64,000 bases of DNA, taken from positions 3,136,001 through 3,200,000 of the forward strand of contig CAVOJR010000001.1 in NCBI GenBank assembly GCA_963696295.1, in the 5' to 3' direction. The position numbers were made by a program, and so were the translations under genes. The notes under the pieces are model-generated. The model did no database searches and was not told the DNA's origin. It saw only the letters and a list, made by a program, of their open reading frames with translations. The DNA comes from an uncultured Chlamydiae bacterium. GTDB taxonomy: Bacteria; Chlamydiota; Chlamydiia; Chlamydiales; JAJFMB01. Below are positions 1-10,042 of this stretch, in pieces (position 1 is the first letter of the stretch; each line of letters starts with the position of its first letter).

Positions 1-1422
1 GGTTCTATTCAATGTATTCCTGTAATTGGGGGGCTTTGCGCCTTAGCGGAACGCATTGCGGTATTGGCCTGTAAGAAAATATTTGCAAAACCGATCCCGC
101 CGGTCGAGAAATATAAAGATGATGAAACCACCCCTATACAAAAAATAGGTAAAGAGGATGATCCTGCTGACGTATCAATGGATCCTCCCCCGGTAATTGA
201 AATAGACCAGAAAATCCTCGATAATCCGAAAGCGCTAGTTGAGATAGCGGCAACTTTCGGTGTACTTTACTACAAGGATTATGAAAGCATCCGCCTTCAT
301 CTTGCCAAACTTGCAGAACAGAACTATCCTTTTGAACCGGTGGATAAGTGGATTTGCCAAGCGGTGTTAGGGGATCCCCTTTTCAATATCGAGGAGTTTC
401 AAAAACTGCCGGAGGAGATGCGTTGTAAAATCTTTTTTGTCGCCAATCGCTTTCAACATGAGGATTTAGTCAATCAATTGAAACCTTATACACCCAAAGG
501 GGAAAACATTGCCCTGGAGGGGTATTCCATCTCTCCATCGGATGCTACTTTACAGGAAACCCGCACAAATATTATTTCGTTTTATAAAACTCTTAGAGAA
601 GAGGGATCCATTCTTACTGTCAGTGAGTTTTTTGCTTTTGAGGATGAAATCAAAGCAAAACTCGATGGTTTTCTTGAATCCCTATGGAATCATCCCCCCA
701 GTAATGGGGAGGAGCTAAACAAACAGGTAAAGCTTTTTTACGATACGGTTGACGCTGAAATCGGAAGTAAGAATAACAATCATGTGAATTTCCATCTGAT
801 GAGGATGAAATATGCCTTAGATCAGGTTACTTATAGCAGCGACTTTAAAAATATAATTAAAAAAGTGGGAAAGTATTTTAGGAACCGCTCCTATATACCA
901 AGCATAAGCACCATTAAAGAGGATAGCGGCGCAGGGTTTTATGTCAAAAGTAAGCCTTTGATTTCGCGAATCAAAGGAATAAAGTGGTGTGATAAAGTAA
1001 TCAAGGAAAATAATTTACAGTATATAAAAGTTCCTAAAAAGATATTAATCGTCAATGATTCCCTAGAAAAATTTAATGTAGACACTTCGGGGGAATTAGT
1101 TGATCCTCACGAAAACCCTCCCTATTGTCTTATCGCAGAGCAGATCTATGAAACGGATAATACGCCATCTGCAGGGGAAGACATCCAGATGAAGGCTAAT
1201 GAAGAGCTGAAAACATTTGCCAAAAAATCGTATTTTTCTGATTTTTACGGTAGAAATTTCTTGTGGCACTTTGATCATTCTCTTTACTGTATTGATACGG
1301 AATTTAATAGCTTTACATTTCCACCAGACCAGAAACTCTCAACGAGCATTTATAGGCAATTTTGTCCACCCAATTGGAGATTTACTTACACCATCCCCTT
1401 GAGAAATAACGCCTTTGCTTAA
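1..1422 (+). CDS. Hypothetical protein (5' partial), candidate effector with C-terminal atypical kinase-like region
   Basis: Frame is open from base 1 (GSIQCIPVIGGLCALAERIAVL...). The C-terminus has DFYGRNF...YCIDTE, resembling kinase catalytic and Mg-binding loops. Confidence 0.55.
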   Translation, partial: GSIQCIPVIGGLCALAERIAVLACKKIFAKPIPPVEKYKDDETTPIQKIGKEDDPADVSMDPPPVIEIDQKILDNPKALVEIAATFGVLYYKDYESIRLHLAKLAEQNYPFEPVDKWICQAVLGDPLFNIEEFQKLPEEMRCKIFFVANRFQHEDLVNQLKPYTPKGENIALEGYSISPSDATLQETRTNIISFYKTLREEGSILTVSEFFAFEDEIKAKLDGFLESLWNHPPSNGEELNKQVKLFYDTVDAEIGSKNNNHVNFHLMRMKYALDQVTYSSDFKNIIKKVGKYFRNRSYIPSISTIKEDSGAGFYVKSKPLISRIKGIKWCDKVIKENNLQYIKVPKKILIVNDSLEKFNVDTSGELVDPHENPPYCLIAEQIYETDNTPSAGEDIQMKANEELKTFAKKSYFSDFYGRNFLWHFDHSLYCIDTEFNSFTFPPDQKLSTSIYRQFCPPNWRFTYTIPLRNNAFA

Positions 1423-1449
1423 TAATTGATAATATGGTATAATATTTAT

Positions 1450-1722
1450 ATGATTAGTATAATTGATGACAATTTTGTCCAACTTCCCCCTTTAAAAGGG
1501 TGCGCCGCAATCCTTTCCTCCTGTGAGGAACGGGTGCATCTCATAGGAATTACCACACTGGCCCGCCTTTCAGAGATTAAGCAGGCTGTGCTTGAAAGCT
1601 GGTCCGAATCGATACGCGAGCAGGCAAAGCGGATTCAAGAGGAGCTCAGCTCTTCTGCTTATTTGAGCCATATGGCCTATCTGAAGATCCTCCTGGAACC
1701 TAAGGTTCACACGAATTTTTAA
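1450..1722 (+). CDS. Small hypothetical protein
   Basis: ORF with ATG at 1450, 6 nt after TGGTATAAT. Confidence 0.45.
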   Translation: MISIIDDNFVQLPPLKGCAAILSSCEERVHLIGITTLARLSEIKQAVLESWSESIREQAKRIQEELSSSAYLSHMAYLKILLEPKVHTNF

Positions 1723-1748
1723 TAAAATTTTTTCATTAAAATCTATAC

Positions 1749-2422
1749 ATGAAAACCCCCCGTTTGAAGAAATTTGCTTTGATCGGACTTCCCGGAAGCG
1801 GCAAGTCCACATACGCTTCCAAGCTGGGCGGAATTCAGCCGGAGTTTACAAACTCATTGCCGGCATCTGACGCAATCTTTTGACGTCCAACCGCTTAATG
1901 TTTTTCGCGCTTAGCCACATGGGTAATACGCTCAAAACATTAATCGGTTGGACGTCAAAATCTTGCATCATCTGCCGACAAGCAGTTTGTAAACTCCGGC
2001 TAGGCATTCCGGTTCATCATCTGGACAGGCATATGTTTGAGCCGGACGGAAAGAAGAAGGACAAGCTGGAATTCATAAAGATTCAAAAAGATATGCTCGA
2101 CGAAGAAGCCTGGGTTGTAGAGGGGTGTTCTTTTTCGACTTTCGAAATGAGGTTCGCCAAGGCGGATGTTCTGATTTATTTCCATTTTCCCCGCCTCGTT
2201 TGCATCTTCAGACTTTTCAGAAGAATATTTAATTACAAAAGAGATTTCGGCGGCTTAAGAGCTGTTACATGGGAAATTTTGAAATACACTTGGAACTTTG
2301 ATAAAGAAAAAAGAGCCAAAATTGAAGAACTCAGGCAAAAGTATCCCCAAACAGAATTTCTCATCTTCAGAAGGCAGAAAGACGCCGATCTGTTCATAAA
2401 ATCCTTGACAAAGTCAGATTAG
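1749..2422 (+). pseudogene. FlaR/topology-modulation (adenylate-kinase-like P-loop) gene interrupted by a palindromic element
   Basis: ATG 1749 gives MKTPRLKKFALIGLPGSGKSTYASKLGGI. After the insert the reading continues LGIPVHHLD...WVVEG. Removing 1837-2000 restores one frame. Confidence 0.85.
1837..2001. mobile_element. ~165-bp full-length palindromic (MITE/RPE-like) element
   Basis: Perfect 18-bp terminal inverted repeat AGCCGGAGTTTACAAACT / AGTTTGTAAACTCCGGCT, and internal arms TTTTGACGTCCAACCG / CGGTTGGACGTCAAAA. Confidence 0.85.
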
Positions 2423-2789
2423 CCAAAAAAAGTCTTGGCATAGCGAAAATTGGTCTTATTATCATTACTGACTCAAGGAAGGAGATATGCGGGCTTGTAG
2501 CTACTTTGAGCCATATGGCCTAGGAGCCGAAGTATTGGAGGTTAATTTGTCAGTTAATGGCTGCGATCATGTGGCGTGAGTCTTTACGGTTATGGTTTGG
2601 CTTTTAAGAGAGCTATCGATATGTGCGGGTTGTGGGACGGCGTGGTTGATGGAAAAGATCTTGGAAAAGAATTCAAAAATGAAGCAGCAGATATGGCAAA
2701 AGGTCTTATAATCGTAATTTCCAGCAGAGTTTTTAGAGAGATAGCCTCGAGGCTAGAGCAGGCCCGGCTTCACGGGCCGTGCTGAAACG

Positions 2790-3749
2790 TCAGGACTGAT
2801 TAAACTTCGCTGTGCAGTCTCGCACATAGCGATATTTTTTCTCCACATCACTCAAATTACCCCCATCCCGGTAAAACTGCTTATCGATATATTCCCCGTT
2901 ATGAACCACTCTCCAGGAATCGTTATCGATGACATCAGCCAATAATAAATTGCCCTTGGTATCAAAACCAAATTCCACTTTGAAATCGACCAGTATCGAC
3001 CCCTGCAATTGCCAGGCTCTTTCTAAGATTAAGAAGGTTTTTTTGGCAATGTCTCCCATTTTTGTAAAGTATTCCTCCCTCCCTTTTAAAGGATAATCCT
3101 CCAGAACCATAAACGGTTTCACAACAGGACATTTGGGATCGTAAAGTTCAGCCTTGCCCTCTTTGAACAGGACGTAGGGATCATCACTTACTAATTTTGC
3201 TCCCTTCCATTCCTGATCTTTCGTTTTTAAGAAAAACTCTAAAATTAAATCGGGGAAAACATGCCCCTTTTCTAATTCTGGATTGCGTTTGAGGTAGGAA
3301 CCGTGTGCTTGTCTTCGGATAACGACCTCATAGAAAATCATATCGCACTTAGGGGCAGTAAAACGGATGGCATCAAGCTGTTGATAAAATGCCACCGGCA
3401 CACCCTGTTTTTTCAGCAACTGAAATACATGGCACGTGGTGCCGGTCGAGTATTCCGCTTTTGAACAGAGCATATCGTGTTTCTTGCCGTCAAAAGCAGT
3501 AATGTCGTCTTTTGAGGTGATAACGACTGTTGCGGGATCCTGCTCCAGTTGGGTGATGATTTTAGTTTTTCCTTCGGTTATCTTTAATCTTGGATTAGAA
3601 ATAGAGGCCAAAACACTCGTATAAGTGATTGCATTTTGTATTGGATAATAGATTGGCCGTCCATAAAACATCGGACGGATAGTGTAGAAGGCCGTTGCAT
3701 TTAATCCTCTATAGACGACATTTGTTCCCAAACCAAAAGTAAAATTCAT
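2790..3749 (-). CDS. purC: SAICAR synthetase with ~50-aa N-terminal extension
   Basis: EGKTK, KDDITAFDG, EVVIRR..GS, LVDFKVEFG and LADVIDNDSWR motifs. Confidence 0.85.
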   Translation of the reverse strand: MNFTFGLGTNVVYRGLNATAFYTIRPMFYGRPIYYPIQNAITYTSVLASISNPRLKITEGKTKIITQLEQDPATVVITSKDDITAFDGKKHDMLCSKAEYSTGTTCHVFQLLKKQGVPVAFYQQLDAIRFTAPKCDMIFYEVVIRRQAHGSYLKRNPELEKGHVFPDLILEFFLKTKDQEWKGAKLVSDDPYVLFKEGKAELYDPKCPVVKPFMVLEDYPLKGREEYFTKMGDIAKKTFLILERAWQLQGSILVDFKVEFGFDTKGNLLLADVIDNDSWRVVHNGEYIDKQFYRDGGNLSDVEKKYRYVRDCTAKFNQS

Positions 3750-3813
3750 AACTTTCTCCCCATGCAGTTGTTAATTGAAAGGGGAAGACAGTACCAGATT
3801 TGAAAGGTATCAC

Positions 3814-5241
3814 TCAAGTTAATTCAATCAGGGTCGGGCGCAAGAGGGAAAATTGTTCCGGTATGGCGCTCCACCTTTCATAATGAAGACCCCAGAATTT
3901 AGCCATACTTTCAAAGCTCAAATTGTGTTCATTCAGGAATAGTTTTGAAGGAAACATCTTGTTAAAGATTTGTCCCCCTCCATTATTCACGACGACAATG
4001 GCTATTTTTTGAGCGGCTAATTGGGGGATAACCCAGGGAGCGGCCAGGTCGTAGAGGGCCGTAAGGTCGCCGATCAGCGCCCAGTTCTCCTGGGTGGCGC
4101 CGCAAAGGCCGAGAAAGGTGGAAATCTGCCCGTCGATGCCGTTCAATCCGCGGCTTGCGAAAACCTCAAAGCGCTTGAGCGACGCGGCGAGATCCCAATG
4201 GCGGATCGGCAGACTGTTGCCAAGATAAACCAGGGAGCCTTCGGGGATCAGCTTAGAGAGATCATGAATCATCGCCCTCTCTGAGCAGTGGTCCTGCGGG
4301 TGCTCAGTTTGTACAGCGAAATCATAGCGCCGCTTTACCTGATATGAGGCTAAAAAGGGAGCGAGATCTGTCTGGAGCAGCTTGCCATGGCTCAAACCGC
4401 TGAAAGGTGAATGGGTGATGGAAAGCACTTCGAGCCGATGATCTTCCAGGTCGCGCCATAAACGGGTGGTGGGCACGCCGCCAAGGCGCAAAACAGAGTC
4501 AAACTCCTTAACCCGCTTTTCCACATTATGGAGGCGAAGGTGCTGCAGCTTCGGCTCCTCGCGAAGACCCGAGATCGCTTCCAGATAGACCGGGGCGTTT
4601 AAGGCGAGCAGGAACTCCAAAACAGCCGCTCTATCCCGGGGGAGCAGCGTGCTGACCAGCGCCAACGGGCGCTCCACGCGCTGAAAAAATTGATCGAGAG
4701 GCAAGGAATTGGCCAAAGTCGCCGGCAATGTTTTTTTTGCCGGAGTGAAGCGCTCTTTACAGATCGTCTTTATCAAGGGCTCTTCAAAGCAGACGTTGAT
4801 ATGCGCGGGGCCCTTTTGATCCCATTCGCTCAAATCGCAGAGGTCATAATCCGCTAAATCCTGAGAATGTGTCACATAAGTTCCAAAAATCCCGACCTGT
4901 TCCGCTGTCTGGGGCGCTCCGGTTCCCCGGTATCTCCTGGGACGGTCGGCAGTGATCAACAAAAGCGGAACTCCAGAATAGGCGGCTTCCATAGCCGCGG
5001 GTAAAAGCTCCCCGACCGCTGTTCCCGAGGTGGTTATCACTGCGACGGGGCGATCTGCGGCGCGGCTTTTACCCAGGGCAAAAAAGGCCGCGGAACGCTC
5101 CTCAGGCCAATAAAAGATGTTCTCCGATTTTTCCAGGGTCATGACAAAGGGGCTGTTGCGGGCTCCCGGGCAGATGCAAAACTCCTCAACCCCGGCATTA
5201 TAGGCATTTAAGAGAACCGTCCGGACAAGTTCGGCATTCAG
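3814..5241 (-). CDS. menD: SEPHCHC synthase (start uncertain)
   Basis: CICPGARNSP, EERSAAFFALG, TSGTA, SRGLNGIDG and GDL..LYD motifs; follows menF. Confidence 0.92.
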   Translation of the reverse strand: MNAELVRTVLLNAYNAGVEEFCICPGARNSPFVMTLEKSENIFYWPEERSAAFFALGKSRAADRPVAVITTSGTAVGELLPAAMEAAYSGVPLLLITADRPRRYRGTGAPQTAEQVGIFGTYVTHSQDLADYDLCDLSEWDQKGPAHINVCFEEPLIKTICKERFTPAKKTLPATLANSLPLDQFFQRVERPLALVSTLLPRDRAAVLEFLLALNAPVYLEAISGLREEPKLQHLRLHNVEKRVKEFDSVLRLGGVPTTRLWRDLEDHRLEVLSITHSPFSGLSHGKLLQTDLAPFLASYQVKRRYDFAVQTEHPQDHCSERAMIHDLSKLIPEGSLVYLGNSLPIRHWDLAASLKRFEVFASRGLNGIDGQISTFLGLCGATQENWALIGDLTALYDLAAPWVIPQLAAQKIAIVVVNNGGGQIFNKMFPSKLFLNEHNLSFESMAKFWGLHYERWSAIPEQFSLLRPTLIELT

Positions 5242-6233
5242 ATCGCCAGAATCTTTCGCGTCGCATCGATCTTCAAGTTGAGTTCGCTCCATTCTTTCTC
5301 CAGTTTGCTTTCTTTTACCACTCCGCAGCCGGCTCCGATCTGCCATCTTTCCCCTTCCCGCTGCACGTTGCGGATGGCGACATAGCATTGGCCGGCGTTT
5401 TCCCGCCAGTACCCTACCGGGGCGCCAAAGCGCTTACGCGGCAGCAAGGTCTGATAACGCTCTAGCCATTCTTTACCCGCCTCTTTTGGATAAGCCCCGA
5501 GCGCCGGCGTCGGATGCAAAGCGTGTACCAGCTGATAAAATCCGTCAATCCCCGCATCCAGACTTCTGACATCGAGATCGATGGGGGTAACCAGATGCTT
5601 AAGCGTGGAATAATTAATGACTTCAGTGTTACCAATTTTCACCTTTCCAAATGGGGAAAGCGCTTGTTCGATTCCATCGATGACCAGGCGATGCTCCCTA
5701 TTTTCCTTGGGATCTTCAGCCAAGGGCTCTTCGCCGGTCCGCTTTGTCCCTGCCAGGGCAACGCTTTTTACTATCCCCTTTTCCAAAGAAAAGAGCTTTT
5801 CGGGAGTCGCGCCTAAAATGGTCTCGTGCTCATCCCAAAAGCCATAGGCGTAAACGGGATGCTTTTGAATATAGCTTAATAAATGGGTTAAACACCAGTT
5901 TAGTTTTTCTTTGGACCAGGGAGTATTGGCATGGGCAAAGACATAGGGGACAGCTTTTTCGAGCGTGATGCCCTTAAATTGTTCGGAAAAAAAACCAAAA
6001 TAAGGGTTTTCCCAATGAAAATCAGCTCCTTTTAAGGGGGGAGGCAGGCTGAGTTTAGAAATAACTTCCTGATGCTCATGAGTAAACCAGGCTTTTGGCT
6101 CTTTTAAAAAGAAGTCGGGAAAATAGAAGCTTTCCGGGCCGGGAGAAGCAGACCAGCGTCTTTTACCCCAGCCGACAAGCAGCTGAGAAGGGTTTAAACT
6201 GACAATCGCGCCGCACTTTAAAAACTCGTCCAT
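5238..6233 (-). CDS. menF: Isochorismate synthase
   Basis: GATPEKL, ALAGT, KENREH, LHPTPALG, AIRN and GAGCGVV motifs. Confidence 0.88.
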   Translation of the reverse strand: MDEFLKCGAIVSLNPSQLLVGWGKRRWSASPGPESFYFPDFFLKEPKAWFTHEHQEVISKLSLPPPLKGADFHWENPYFGFFSEQFKGITLEKAVPYVFAHANTPWSKEKLNWCLTHLLSYIQKHPVYAYGFWDEHETILGATPEKLFSLEKGIVKSVALAGTKRTGEEPLAEDPKENREHRLVIDGIEQALSPFGKVKIGNTEVINYSTLKHLVTPIDLDVRSLDAGIDGFYQLVHALHPTPALGAYPKEAGKEWLERYQTLLPRKRFGAPVGYWRENAGQCYVAIRNVQREGERWQIGAGCGVVKESKLEKEWSELNLKIDATRKILAI

Positions 6234-6394
6234 GGCTTAGGATCGTAGCGCACTTAAAATTCCCTTTGCAAGAGGTTTTTGAGGAGTGTTTTAGCGTCAG
6301 AATTTGTAAAAGGGAACTGATGCAAATGACCTTGATAAATAAAGAGGTAGAAAAATATTCATGAAATAAATGGCATTATAATATCTTATTAAGA

Positions 6395-7408
6395 TTAAAT
6401 TTTTTCCCACTCATCGCTAATTTCGCTCCAGCAGCTGGCGGGACTTTCTGATTCCTGGCGTGCCCCCTCTAAGAGAAGAGGTGGGTTATTATTTTGAGGA
6501 GCGCCTTCTTGCCATTCTATCGAAAGAAATTCTCTTTTTTGGATTTCTTGTTCTGGTGAAGTGTAGAAATGCTTCCCAAGCTTTGCTCCTGAAATGACCA
6601 GAAACGATCCAAGCGCTATTCCTAAACGGATCTGACTGGCAGGAGGCAAACGGTATTCTATGCCTCCTCCGATGCCATAAATCACTGTGTGTACCGGCGA
6701 TCGCACATTAGCCGCTGCCAGGGCGGCATAGGCGCCTGTTTTTTCCCCTTCTGTAACGGCGACAGCCGGCGCGGCGATCAGGGCTGTCACTCTTGTGGCC
6801 ACTGTGAGCAAGAGCGCATTTCTAGCGCCGCATAAAGCCCCGTTTATGGCTCGCGACAGAAGTTTTTCATAATCGGGAGAGTCATCCGCACAGTCGGAAG
6901 CCCCAGACAGAGCCCCGCTGACGGCCCCGGTCACAATAGCTATTTTTAGGGCGTAGATTTCACTTTGCAGATTCCAGGACTTAATATCGCCTATCTTAGC
7001 GTCAAACCAAAAATTACTGCGTGAATTTTCAACCCTGTTGATCAGGCCGAGTGTATGGCAGACCTTGTCCTTCCAGGTGACTTTGACATGAAAATCATTT
7101 ATATTCCCTATGTCGTGGTGGCACTGCAGGCAACAGGCTTTTATTTTTTTTAAGTCGCAATAAGCTTCAACTTTTCCAAGGCAGCTTTCGTGATAACAGT
7201 GAACCAGCTTTGGCCTCTCGCGGGCATCTGCCGCTCCCGGGTGGCCGAATGGAGTCATATCATTGAGTTGGAAAAGGGCACTGATTTTTTGGGCGGCAGA
7301 GTGGTAAGGAGCTATCAATGGCTCTTCGCAAAAAAGGCAATTCTCGGCATTGTGGGCATAGTAAATTTGATCTTCTAGAGAGAGTTTGGAATAGGTGACG
7401 GCAGACAT
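6395..7408 (-). CDS. RING-finger-like protein with hydrophobic C-terminal half, candidate effector
   Basis: CLFC...HCYHESC...CCLQC Zn-ligand pattern; GGAG SD upstream. Confidence 0.6.
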   Translation of the reverse strand: MSAVTYSKLSLEDQIYYAHNAENCLFCEEPLIAPYHSAAQKISALFQLNDMTPFGHPGAADARERPKLVHCYHESCLGKVEAYCDLKKIKACCLQCHHDIGNINDFHVKVTWKDKVCHTLGLINRVENSRSNFWFDAKIGDIKSWNLQSEIYALKIAIVTGAVSGALSGASDCADDSPDYEKLLSRAINGALCGARNALLLTVATRVTALIAAPAVAVTEGEKTGAYAALAAANVRSPVHTVIYGIGGGIEYRLPPASQIRLGIALGSFLVISGAKLGKHFYTSPEQEIQKREFLSIEWQEGAPQNNNPPLLLEGARQESESPASCWSEISDEWEKI

Positions 7409-7527
7409 TTTTTGCTCCTTAAAATTTTAAAGTCGCTATATTGCCCGTTGCCGGTGAAAATTGCAATCGCTATTGCAATCAAATTGGAGCGGCCTTAAAC
7501 TTGAGCAAAAAATTGGAGAGATAGAAG

Positions 7528-8724
7528 ATGGACGCCGCATTTCTTGATTTTTTGTCGCAGCAGATTGAGGAAATCAAAGGGGCCGGGCTTTACAAAGAAG
7601 AGCGGGAAATCACCTCCCCTCAGCAAGCCGATATCACGATCTCAGGCGGGCGCCATGTGCTCAATTTTTGCTCAAATAACTACCTGGGCCTCGCGAATAA
7701 TCCCGAAGTGATAAAGGCCGCGAAAGAGAGCTATGACAAATATGGCTTCGGCCTCTCCTCCGTCCGCTTTATTTGCGGAACCCAAACCGTGCACCACCAC
7801 CTGGAAAAGCGCATCTCCCAGTTTTTAAACACCGAGGACACGATTCTCTACTCCTCCTGCTTCGATGCGAACGGCGGCCTGTTCGAGACGCTTCTCGGCC
7901 CCGAAGACGCGATCATCAGCGACGCCTTAAACCACGCCAGCATCATTGACGGCATCAGGCTCTGCAAAGCGGAGCGCTACCGCTATCAAAATAACGACAT
8001 GCGCGATTTGGAGGAGAAGCTCAAAGAGGCCTCAAAGGCTAGATTCCGCCTCATCGCCACCGACGGCGTTTTTTCGATGGATGGGATCATCGCCAATTTG
8101 CCGGCCATTTGCGAGCTCGCCGACAAATACAAAGCGATCGTCATGGTCGATGATTCCCACGCGGTGGGCTTCATGGGCGAAACCGGCGCCGGCACGCCGG
8201 AATATTGCGGGGTGGCCGATCAGATAGACATCGTCACAGGCACTTTAGGGAAAGCCTTGGGCGGCGCTTCCGGAGGCTACACTTCGGGCAAAAAACAAAT
8301 AGTTGAATGGCTGCGGCAGCGCTCCCGCCCCTACCTTTTTTCCAATACGCTGGCCCCTGCGATTGCCTCGGCCTCTATCCGCGTCTTAGACCTGCTGAAA
8401 GAGAGTGGCCATTTGCGAAAAAACCTGCATGACAACAGCCGCTACTTCCGTGAAAAAATGACTCGCCTTGGCTTTAATCTTGTCCCGGGCGTCCACCCTA
8501 TCATTCCCGTCATGCTGGGGGATGCCAAGCTCGCGCAGCAATTTGCCGCCAAGATGCTGAATGAGGGTATTTACGTGATAGGATTCAGTTTTCCGGTTGT
8601 CCCAAAAGGGCAGGCGCGCATCCGCACGCAAATATCAGCGGCTCATACCCATAAGGATATAGACCGCGCCGTCGAAGCCTTCGCCAAGATTGGCAAAGAG
8701 CTGGGTGTGATTTCCCCGGTTTGA
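7528..8724 (+). CDS. kbl: 2-amino-3-ketobutyrate CoA ligase (glycine C-acetyltransferase)
   Basis: [33 protein letters not shown] and ARIRTQISA motifs. Confidence 0.95.
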   Translation: MDAAFLDFLSQQIEEIKGAGLYKEEREITSPQQADITISGGRHVLNFCSNNYLGLANNPEVIKAAKESYDKYGFGLSSVRFICGTQTVHHHLEKRISQFLNTEDTILYSSCFDANGGLFETLLGPEDAIISDALNHASIIDGIRLCKAERYRYQNNDMRDLEEKLKEASKARFRLIATDGVFSMDGIIANLPAICELADKYKAIVMVDDSHAVGFMGETGAGTPEYCGVADQIDIVTGTLGKALGGASGGYTSGKKQIVEWLRQRSRPYLFSNTLAPAIASASIRVLDLLKESGHLRKNLHDNSRYFREKMTRLGFNLVPGVHPIIPVMLGDAKLAQQFAAKMLNEGIYVIGFSFPVVPKGQARIRTQISAAHTHKDIDRAVEAFAKIGKELGVISPV

Positions 8725-8877
8725 TCATTTTTATCTTCCTATTTAGAGGATCTTAACTGATTCTTTACACTACCATTCAATTAATTAAAAATTTAAATTA
8801 ATTATAATAAGCATTAATAAAAAGAATCTATAATTAATACATCAGCATAAAACACAAATAAAAAATAGGAGATATAA

Positions 8878-9090
8878 ATGTCAATAATAATGGATAACAA
8901 TACATTTTTAGCACAAGAAGGTCTGCCAGGAAGAAGCGCATTTGATAATGTTAGAGGAAAGTTTGAAAATAAAGTAACAGCAAAACCCACTACCCCAATG
9001 GCAACAGCTGGCCAAAAGAAGTTTTCCGCACAGTGGAAAAATGATCCTGCACTCTCTGAAAAAAAACTAAATAATTTATTTAACCACTAA
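8878..9090 (+). CDS. Small hypothetical protein
   Basis: 70-aa ORF with AGGAG SD, followed by a hairpin. Confidence 0.55.
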   Translation: MSIIMDNNTFLAQEGLPGRSAFDNVRGKFENKVTAKPTTPMATAGQKKFSAQWKNDPALSEKKLNNLFNH

Positions 9091-9099
9091 GATCAACCA

Positions 9100-9125
9100 A
9101 GACAGTCACTCAAGGGTGGCTGTCT
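9100..9125. terminator. Hairpin between convergent genes
   Basis: AGACAGTCAC-tcaagg-GTGGCTGTCT. Confidence 0.55.
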
Positions 9126-9148
9126 CCTAGATTGATTTTGTCTTGCTT

Positions 9149-10042
9149 CTAGTGATCTTGAGGTGTGTTTGTGCGAATCCAGGTTTGCACATCATCTATG
9201 GTTTTAAAATCATTGGTCGAAACAAGACCCGACGTCACCATCAATCCTCCGAGATCCTCTAAAGCCTCAGTATCACTTCCACATGTTTCAAGATACTCAT
9301 TTAAGGGCGCCATGAATTCCCCATTGCCGCAAAAGCTTTTGGCCCGCTCCGCTTTTGTCATCTCCCATTTCTTTGCGGTGTCAAGCGCGCTTTTGATCTT
9401 AAGCAACCTATCCCGCTTTTGGACGATTATCTTCCGCTCTTCCGGCGAGGTTTGCATGAAGTGTTTTAACAGTTCTTTATTTTTTGACAGGGCAACTCTT
9501 CTTTTTTCTATATTCTCAGAAAGCCGCGATACCAGGAATTCCGCATACTTACGGTAGCCGATCTTTTCCTCAGAGGTTAATTTCAAGTAGAGACATCTAT
9601 TATCCACATTCTGCCATTTGCAACACTCTTCCCTATCAAGATCAGTCAAAAGTAAGAATGTCTTGCGATCTTCAAGGGTGTGTTCATTAAAATGTTGCTG
9701 CTCTTCGACTTTGAAACAAAGATATTTGATCACATCCTCAGCAGAGAGGCCGCTGCAAGCTTGCTTTGACTCACGATCTAACTTATCAAATTGCTCTCTA
9801 TATGGGGAATCAAGACGAATTCTTGGAGACATAAAATTTGGCAGCGCCCAACGCCGGCTAGTTCCTATGGGGGTGGAAGACCCGTTTGTGGAAGCACTCC
9901 CCGACCCTGAACTCTCTACTACGGCCTCTTTAAAAATTGTCGTCTCAAGCTGCGGGGGGATGGTTCGCCGGCTCTCCGGGGGCAAACTTGAGGAACGCCC
10001 TCCAAATAATGAACCTCTAACTTTTCCGTTATTCATCATCAC
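9149..10042 (-). CDS. Hypothetical protein with Ser/Pro-rich N-terminus
   Basis: 297-aa ORF, GAGGTG SD region. Confidence 0.65.
   Translation of the reverse strand: MMMNNGKVRGSLFGGRSSSLPPESRRTIPPQLETTIFKEAVVESSGSGSASTNGSSTPIGTSRRWALPNFMSPRIRLDSPYREQFDKLDRESKQACSGLSAEDVIKYLCFKVEEQQHFNEHTLEDRKTFLLLTDLDREECCKWQNVDNRCLYLKLTSEEKIGYRKYAEFLVSRLSENIEKRRVALSKNKELLKHFMQTSPEERKIIVQKRDRLLKIKSALDTAKKWEMTKAERAKSFCGNGEFMAPLNEYLETCGSDTEALEDLGGLMVTSGLVSTNDFKTIDDVQTWIRTNTPQDH

Noticed and set aside
1880..2422. Intact 180-aa gene from the ORF track
   Set aside because: Its N-terminus is translated palindromic element; the real P-loop start is at 1749 in another frame.
2487..2785. Gene at 2487-2785
   Set aside because: An SD-led 30-codon ORF and a 69-aa ORF sit in different frames; possibly a decayed gene, but not supportable.
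5242..5388. Long menD N-terminal extension
   Set aside because: It overlaps the conserved menF C-terminus by about 150 nt and is not MenD-like.
9127..9160. Another gene-tail duplication (CTAGATTGATTTTG vs CTAGTGATCTTG)
   Set aside because: Too short and degenerate to distinguish from chance.
9600..9608. DnaA box TTATCCACA
   Set aside because: Single occurrence inside a coding sequence.
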